Shown here piece after piece: positions 58,365 to 64,000 of a stretch of 64,000 bases of DNA. The notes under the pieces were generated by a model. The model did no database searches, was not told the DNA's origin, and saw only the letters and a list, made by a program, of their open reading frames with translations. The position numbers and the translations under genes are program-made. Within the stretch, counting starts at the first letter, position 1, and every line of letters begins with the position of its first letter. Source of the DNA: Ignavibacteriota bacterium (GTDB lineage: Bacteria; Bacteroidota; Ignavibacteria; UBA10030; UBA6906); contig CAWDEM010000004.1 of NCBI GenBank assembly GCA_963801355.1, positions 544,001-608,000 on the forward strand. Reading direction: 5' to 3'.

Positions 58365-59256
58365 ATGACGGTGAGCCTGTCAGCTCTTTCTTCCGCTTGA
58401 GTACCTGGGCCGCATGCCAGCCCTGGACCTCATACAACTGGGGTCCCTGGGAAGTAATAACGAAGTAGGTGTCAGCCCGCGGGTTTCTGTGGAAGCGCAA
58501 TTGTACGCCTTCCACTTCAATCGTCGCTGTCAAAGGTGGGGGTACGGCGACGGCTGTGTCAATGAAGTCGTCGGTGCTGAACGTTGCGAGCGATCCGATA
58601 AGATTCCTGACGGCGTACTCCGACGCGGGGGCGCCGTCGACCAACCACACGCTGTCATTCAGCGCCAGCGCAAATGTGGTATCGCCATAGCTGTAGCGTA
58701 CGCTCTTGATGCTCTGCTGTGGCATGCGGAGAATTGCCTTGTCCCGCCAATCCCGCGGTTGCCTGACAAACACCTGGAGAAGCATGCCATCGGCGAGGTA
58801 GACGTCGTTTGAGCCCTCGCGCCGCACGTAGGTTTCCGTATAGGTGGGGCCGGCTTTGCCGATGCGGAAGGCCGCGCGTTCTTCTCCGCCTGTGGATATC
58901 CTAACGAGCGTACCGGTCGAGTCGACCTGAAACACACCCTGCTTTTGAGGATTGCCGGACACCAGTGCTTTCAGTGCGATTTTCCGCCCCTGGCTCAACA
59001 ACTGCTGGACACTGCTCTCATCCGCCTGTGCCCGTAGCGGCGCGGTGAGCATCCATCCCGAACCTTCCCGCTGCAGCATGGTGGTGCCGGAGGCGGACTT
59101 CACCTCGATTTTGTCCACCATCGCGGAATCGTAGGACACCAGCATCTCGCCATCATCGGACGTTTTGCTCCGTTCGCCGGGGCGTTGCAGCACGAGGAAT
59201 GTGGCGAGGGTCAAGAGGGCAAGTATGCCCACGAGGATCAGGGTAGAGCGCTTCAT
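58363..59256 (-). CDS. DUF4340 protein
   Basis: N-terminal TM; TYVRREGSNDVY...DWRDK; overlaps the gldG-like stop. Confidence 0.8.
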   Translation of the reverse strand: MKRSTLILVGILALLTLATFLVLQRPGERSKTSDDGEMLVSYDSAMVDKIEVKSASGTTMLQREGSGWMLTAPLRAQADESSVQQLLSQGRKIALKALVSGNPQKQGVFQVDSTGTLVRISTGGEERAAFRIGKAGPTYTETYVRREGSNDVYLADGMLLQVFVRQPRDWRDKAILRMPQQSIKSVRYSYGDTTFALALNDSVWLVDGAPASEYAVRNLIGSLATFSTDDFIDTAVAVPPPLTATIEVEGVQLRFHRNPRADTYFVITSQGPQLYEVQGWHAAQVLKRKKELTGSPS

Positions 59257-60839
59257 TGCATCTCCAGAGCTTTCTTCCGTGCCTTGCGCATCCGCCACCG
59301 CAGGATGCCGTACGCAAGAACGAGCAGAGGTGGAATGGCGAGGTTGGCATATTTCACTGCTTTCTTTGTTCCGTCGGAAACCTGTTCCAGCGGAGCAAAT
59401 GAAGCATCTTTTGTCCGAATCGTAATCAGTCCGGCGTCGTCCACGAGATAGTCAACCATATTTGCAAAGAATGCCAGGTTGTCTCTGCTTCCTCCCATGA
59501 ACTGATCCCGGGCAAAATCACCGTCGCCCACAACCACGATGCGTGTTTCCGGGCTGGAAGGGATGGGCGCGGATTGCGGGACGATTGACCCCGCGGAAGT
59601 ATCCACCGGTGCTGATTTGCCTGCATAGAGACTGGCAAACTTGCCCTCCACCGTGACAGCGAGGGGAACTTCCGTTTCCCGGAATTCTTCCCGTGTGTAC
59701 TGCTGGAGCGGGTCAAAAGCAAACATACCGGTCTGCCTGCCCGCTTCTTTTGACGATCTGGCAAGGACATCGGCGCGAACACCCCTTGCCGCGGATCCCG
59801 TGGTGTCAACGGAGCTGGTGAAGAACAGCACGAGATTCCGCAGGTCCTTCACCATCACGTTGTTTTTGCTGAAGTTGCTGACCAGCGGGAGATACGGGAA
59901 CGGTACCTGGGACTGCATGGAGAAGCCGAACTGCTGTTGGACAATTGTCACGTTCGCACACTGAAGGTCGCGCACAAGATCGGGATTGATGCGCACCCCG
60001 TAGGTCTGGAGCATGTCATCGATGTTGACATCGAGAGCGCGGCCATACCGGGTCTGCAGGCTGGCGTCCACACGGTTGATGAGGAATGCGGCGCGTCCGC
60101 CCCGCATGATATACTGGTCGATCTGATACTTGTCGGGTTCAGAAAGGGGGGACGTCGGTGCCATCACCACCAGCGCGGCGATGTCCGGTGGCACTGCCGT
60201 GCCTTTGCTGACATCGACCGGCGCCAGCTCATACTGGCGACGGAGCATTTCTTGCACGCGTCCAAGCTCCTGCATAGCCGGCTCGCCGTGCCCCGTCAGG
60301 AATCCGATTTTTTTCTGTGTGCGTGTCGTCACGCGCTTGATCGTGCTGCTGATTTCGTATTCGAGCGCAGAGGGATTCTGGACGACCGGGATGACCTCTT
60401 TTCGGTCTTCATACAGGAACACCAGCCCCATGAATGCCTGCTTCACCTCGAACTTGTCCTCCTTTACCACCTGCACCTGGACGGGGGCAATGCCCTGTTG
60501 CTGGGCTTCCTGTTTTCCCTTGTCGTCTGTGGGATCTATGAATTCGAATTGCAGGTTGCCCTTTGCGTATGCCCGATACTCGTTGAGCTCATCCAGCAGG
60601 AGTCGGCGGTGGTTGTTGTACGGTGAAGGGAGGTCCTCGGTGAAATAGGCCTTGATGGTCACTTTGTCGTCGAGGTTGCTCATCAGGTGTTTGCTGGCGT
60701 CGGCCAGGGTAAACAGGCCGGTGCGGGTCATGTCGACCCGGCCGAAGAACCGTACCGACACGAAGTTGAGCAGTACGAGGATTGCCAGGACGATGCCGAG
60801 GCGGAGCAGAGTCTGATTTCTGGTTGTATTCGTAGTCAT
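59253..60839 (-). CDS. GldG-like ABC transporter auxiliary/periplasmic component
   Basis: RVDMTRTGLFTL, LEYEISS, GFLTGHGE, IDQYIMRGG, VVGDGDF, LITIRTK. Confidence 0.88.
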   Translation of the reverse strand: MTTNTTRNQTLLRLGIVLAILVLLNFVSVRFFGRVDMTRTGLFTLADASKHLMSNLDDKVTIKAYFTEDLPSPYNNHRRLLLDELNEYRAYAKGNLQFEFIDPTDDKGKQEAQQQGIAPVQVQVVKEDKFEVKQAFMGLVFLYEDRKEVIPVVQNPSALEYEISSTIKRVTTRTQKKIGFLTGHGEPAMQELGRVQEMLRRQYELAPVDVSKGTAVPPDIAALVVMAPTSPLSEPDKYQIDQYIMRGGRAAFLINRVDASLQTRYGRALDVNIDDMLQTYGVRINPDLVRDLQCANVTIVQQQFGFSMQSQVPFPYLPLVSNFSKNNVMVKDLRNLVLFFTSSVDTTGSAARGVRADVLARSSKEAGRQTGMFAFDPLQQYTREEFRETEVPLAVTVEGKFASLYAGKSAPVDTSAGSIVPQSAPIPSSPETRIVVVGDGDFARDQFMGGSRDNLAFFANMVDYLVDDAGLITIRTKDASFAPLEQVSDGTKKAVKYANLAIPPLLVLAYGILRWRMRKARKKALEMQ

Positions 60840-60846
60840 GGCGCGA

Positions 60847-61569
60847 TCACCACTTCCGGCGTTCGAGGGAAACCGTGGCGAGATACAGCGAGAGACCGAG
60901 CAACGATCCAAAGTAGATGATGTTGCGGGAATCAATGACACCACGGGCGATATTGGAAAAATGAAAATCGATAGCGAGATATTCCAGTGTCGATGCAAGG
61001 GTTTCCGGCACGTACATCAACACCTTATCCAGCAGGAAGAGTGCCAGGATGATCAGGAAGCTGATGATGAAGGCGACGATCTGGTTTTCCGTCAGGCTGG
61101 ATGCAAAGAGACCGATGGCAATGTACACCCCGCCCATGAGGAAGAGGCCGAGGTATCCGGTGAAGACGGGGCCAAGATCCAGGGAACCCAGGAGGCCGAC
61201 GGTGACCGCGTAGAGCAATGTCGGAGCCAGCGCAGCTGCGAGCAACACCCATGCGGCAAAAAACTTGCCCAGAATGATCTCACTATCCCGCACCGGTTTT
61301 GTTGTGAGGAGCTCCAGCGTTCCTGTTTTTTTCTCCTCCGCCAGCAATCGCATGGTGATTGCCGGTATGAAGAAGAGGAACACGAGAGGGACCAGTTCGA
61401 ACACCACGCGCATCGAAGCGATGTTCATCAGAAACAGATTACTGGTGAAGAACCATCCGATGATAGCGAGAAAGACGATGATGACAACATACGCCACCGG
61501 CGAGTTGAAATACGATCGCACCTCCCGGCGGAAAATCGGCCCAACGTTTGGCAAACCGAAGGCATGCAT
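60847..61569 (-). CDS. GldF-like ABC-2 permease
   Basis: REVRSYFNSPVAY, PAITMRLLAEEKKTGTLELL, SSLTENQIVAF. Confidence 0.9.
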   Translation of the reverse strand: MHAFGLPNVGPIFRREVRSYFNSPVAYVVIIVFLAIIGWFFTSNLFLMNIASMRVVFELVPLVFLFFIPAITMRLLAEEKKTGTLELLTTKPVRDSEIILGKFFAAWVLLAAALAPTLLYAVTVGLLGSLDLGPVFTGYLGLFLMGGVYIAIGLFASSLTENQIVAFIISFLIILALFLLDKVLMYVPETLASTLEYLAIDFHFSNIARGVIDSRNIIYFGSLLGLSLYLATVSLERRKW

Positions 61570-61584
61570 AGCATATCCTGCTGC

Positions 61585-62529
61585 TTACTGAGTGGTCAGT
61601 TTATGGAAGACTTCTTCAAGGGTAGTGACCTTCCGGTGCATCTCCAGCAGTGTCCAGCCGTGGTGCACCACGAGGCGGAAAGCTTCTTCGCGGACATCGG
61701 ATCCTTTTTCCGCATGGATCTCGAATTTGCTGACACCCGCCGCGTGACCGAGCAGCGTAACGCTTGTCACGGCGTTCAGCGTGCGGAGGTGAGGGGCGAT
61801 TTCCTGTACGGGATCGGTGACGCCGGTCCTGATCTCGAGCGTCACACTCTCGGCGCCATGGAATTCCTGCTGCAGTTGCTCCGGTGAACCGTCGGCCACC
61901 ATGCGGCCGTCGTTAATGATCAATACGCGGTCACACGTTGCCTGCACTTCGGAGAGGATGTGTGTCGAGAGAATGACCGTCTTCGCGCGGCCCAGATGTT
62001 TGATGAGGTTCCGGATTTCCACAATCTGGTTCGGATCCAGACCGCTGGTCGGTTCGTCCAGGATCAAGACATCCGGCTCATGGATCATTGCCTGAGCGAG
62101 TCCCACGCGCTGGCGGAATCCCTTTGACATCTCGCCGATGTCTTTGTGGCGGACGGGTTCCAGTCCGCACACATGCACCATCTCGCGGATGCGCTGTGTG
62201 GCGGGACCGCCGCGCAGTCCATGCAGCTGAGCGGAATACTCGAGGTAGTCCAGCACATTCATATCGTGATACAGAGGGTTCATTTCCGGCAGATAGCCGA
62301 TCTTCTTCCGAACCTCGAGGGAGTGGTGAAAGATGTCGAAGCCGTCCACCTCAACAACACCGGTGGTGGGAGGCATGTAACAGGTGATGATTTTCATGGT
62401 TGTGGTCTTCCCCGCGCCGTTGGGCCCGAGAAATCCCAGAATTTCACCTGTCTTCACCTCGAACGAAATGTCGTTCACAGCCGTCTGTTCACCATACTTC
62501 TTGGTGAGGTTCTTGACCGAAATGGCCAT
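61585..62529 (-). CDS. GldA-like ABC ATP-binding protein
   Basis: GPNGAGKT, SKGFRQR, LDEPTSGLDPNQ. Confidence 0.92.
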   Translation of the reverse strand: MAISVKNLTKKYGEQTAVNDISFEVKTGEILGFLGPNGAGKTTTMKIITCYMPPTTGVVEVDGFDIFHHSLEVRKKIGYLPEMNPLYHDMNVLDYLEYSAQLHGLRGGPATQRIREMVHVCGLEPVRHKDIGEMSKGFRQRVGLAQAMIHEPDVLILDEPTSGLDPNQIVEIRNLIKHLGRAKTVILSTHILSEVQATCDRVLIINDGRMVADGSPEQLQQEFHGAESVTLEIRTGVTDPVQEIAPHLRTLNAVTSVTLLGHAAGVSKFEIHAEKGSDVREEAFRLVVHHGWTLLEMHRKVTTLEEVFHKLTTQ

Positions 62530-62588
62530 AGGATGTCTGGTTGTTGTTACGGGAATGTGGATCGTCGTTTCAACCCAATGCAATACTA

Positions 62589-62617
62589 AATTTACGAACC
62601 AGGATGGTTCAAGTCAA
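62589..62617 (-). promoter_or_regulatory. Putative sigma70 promoter TTGACT-17-TAAATT for the gld-like operon
   Basis: agtcaa 62612-62617; aattta 62589-62594. Confidence 0.5.
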
Positions 62618-62684
62618 GATTTCGTATAATTTGAGGTTGTGCCCGGGTTTTGTTATCATGGTAGTCGTCTGCGCAGAGAACACT

Positions 62685-63068
62685 ATGATTCGCATAAAGA
62701 AAGAAATTATTATCGTCGGTGACCGGGTGCTGCTGAAACTCGACGAAGGCCAGGACAAGACCAAATCGGGCCTCTATCTTCCTGCGTCGGTCAGGGAGAA
62801 GGAGAAAGTAGCGATGGGAAAAGTGGTGAAGGTCGGTCCCGGGTACCCTATTCCCAATCCCAACTACACAGAGGATGAGCCCTGGTCGACGCCGAAAGAG
62901 CCCATGCGCTACATCCCCCTTCAGGCGAAAGACGGGGACTACGCGCTCTTCTTGCGGGAGCAGGGCGTCGAGGTGGAATTTGAGGAGGAAAAGTATCTCA
63001 TCGTCCCCCAATCGGCCGTACTGATGCTTGTGCGTGATGAACTTCATGAAGAACCCGAAGTCCGATAG
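62685..63068 (+). CDS. GroES/Cpn10 family co-chaperonin paralog, with no adjacent groEL
   Basis: GDRVLLK...KTKSGLYLP...GKVVKVGPG; extended roof loop. Confidence 0.85.
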   Translation: MIRIKKEIIIVGDRVLLKLDEGQDKTKSGLYLPASVREKEKVAMGKVVKVGPGYPIPNPNYTEDEPWSTPKEPMRYIPLQAKDGDYALFLREQGVEVEFEEEKYLIVPQSAVLMLVRDELHEEPEVR

Positions 63069-63236
63069 GAGCACTCTTTTCCCCGGATTGAAGTATTTTC
63101 TGTTCAGTGTGAAAAAATGGACAGCCATTCCTCTGAATTCGGCTGAATTTAAACGCCCTTCGAAGTGGCACACAATTGGTAAGGTCTGTTGACGGCGTGT
63201 GAGATGATGTCAGGATATAGGTAATAGAGGTCACGA

Positions 63237-63386
63237 ATGGGCATTCGATGTTATTTTGGACGGATGACGCGGGGGGAAAGGCAGGCTCTTGAGACGATCC
63301 TGCACGAGGAGATCGACGTCCAACTCTGGTGTGCAATAACCTACAGCAGGCTTCTGCGTGAGGAGGTGTTTATCGCAGTCCAGTAG
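63237..63386 (+). CDS. Candidate small protein (49 aa), below the ORF-track cutoff
   Basis: GAGGT RBS upstream of ATG; MGIRCYFGRMTRGERQALETILHEEIDVQLWCAITYSRLLREEVFIAVQ; terminator follows. Confidence 0.4.
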   Translation: MGIRCYFGRMTRGERQALETILHEEIDVQLWCAITYSRLLREEVFIAVQ

Positions 63387-63407
63387 CCCTTTCCTGCCTT
63401 TTCTAAG

Positions 63408-63449
63408 AAGGGAGTCCTCATCTGCGCTGGGGAGGGGCTCTCTTTTTTC
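63408..63449 (+). terminator. Probable intrinsic terminator
   Basis: GGGAGTCCTC...GAGGGGCTCTC stem followed by TTTTTT. Confidence 0.55.
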
Positions 63450-63478
63450 TTGCGCATATTTCTCGAAACCTGTATTAT
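63450..63478 (+). promoter_or_regulatory. Putative sigma70 promoter TTGCGC-17-TATTAT
   Basis: 30 bp before ATG 63508. Confidence 0.45.
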
Positions 63479-63507
63479 TGGGGGACTTTCGCGTCGAAGG
63501 ACGAGGG

Positions 63508-64000
63508 ATGAAACTTCATGTAACGATGGTCTACGACGCGCCCCCGCTACAGACGTACAGCCCATCGCCACACGTCCTTATGGTTCCGGAAATGTATGAT
63601 GGAGGGTATGCGGCGCTTGGGCGGGGGGAGGGGGTCCACTCACCCCGCGACGAGTACGTAAAGATGTTCCGGGATTTTTCGCGCCGGGCACACTGCACAT
63701 GCATCGCCGGCTCGATGGCAATCCGCGGCAGGGGCGGGGACATGACGAATACGTCGCTGGTTTTTCGCAACGGCAGGTGTATTCATCGGTATGACAAAAT
63801 TCACCTGTTCCGTCCTGCGGGGGATACGCGGTACTTCCGGGCGGGAAGAGGCAACGCTGTATTCACCGTGACGGTGGGGAAACGCCGGATCCGTGCAGGC
63901 GTTATTATCTGCTACGACTTGCGGTTCCCTGAATTGGTCCGGATGCTTGCGCGTGCCGGGATGCAGGTTCTCTTTGTTCCGGCGCGATGGCCGGTGGTGA
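63508..64000 (+). CDS. Carbon-nitrogen hydrolase (nitrilase superfamily), truncated by the window end
   Basis: Translated by hand: MKLHVTMVYD...VPEMY...YDKIHLF...IICYDLRFPEL...VPARWP (Glu-Lys-Cys triad). Confidence 0.9.
   Translation, partial: MKLHVTMVYDAPPLQTYSPSPHVLMVPEMYDGGYAALGRGEGVHSPRDEYVKMFRDFSRRAHCTCIAGSMAIRGRGGDMTNTSLVFRNGRCIHRYDKIHLFRPAGDTRYFRAGRGNAVFTVTVGKRRIRAGVIICYDLRFPELVRMLARAGMQVLFVPARWPVV

Noticed and set aside
60838-61887. 349-aa charged ORF on the + strand, and similar antisense ORFs (18555..19883, 15681..16766, 41983..43089, 44920..45963)
   Set aside because: Antisense to well-supported genes; composition mirrors the sense codons.
1-64000. CRISPR arrays, tRNA/rRNA, transposases/integrases, anti-phage defence genes
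   Set aside because: No regularly spaced repeats, cloverleaf or rRNA signatures, or recombinase/defence motifs found by eye.

Overview
Chromosomal window from a fairly GC-rich bacterium, most likely of the FCB group (Ignavibacteria/Bacteroidota-like). This is inferred from several secreted proteins ending in an NYPNPFNP-type (T9SS/FlgD-Ig-like) sorting domain, a hybrid two-component system, a TonB-dependent receptor, a moxR-bat operon and gldAFG-like ABC genes. Layout: 1-17 kb is accessory (frameshifted beta-propeller/beta-helix exoprotein, HTCS, orphan TIM-barrel-like protein between 16-bp inverted repeats, secreted Ser/Thr-hairpin protein, 1674-aa duplicated beta-helix protein). 18-33 kb is a pectin-utilisation locus without SusD (CE8, GH105-CE12-DUF4350 fusion, GH28, TBDR, sorted beta-helix protein, uxaE, kdgK). 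33-64 kb holds mostly recognisable genes (GHL10 lipoprotein, S1/P1 nuclease, ppx-CHAD, moxR-DUF58-batA-E, lplA/aceE-aceF-lpdA, GPx, DksA-like, OTC-like, DUF6600, DUF4340-gldGFA, orphan groES, nitrilase). No rRNA, tRNA, CRISPR array or transposase was seen. The best leads are an OTC homolog with an intact carbamoyl-phosphate site but a rewritten ornithine site, next to a motif-less DksA-like gene; the SusD-less pectin locus; and a possible pore-forming-like secreted protein. All family assignments come from motif recognition by eye, not database searches.
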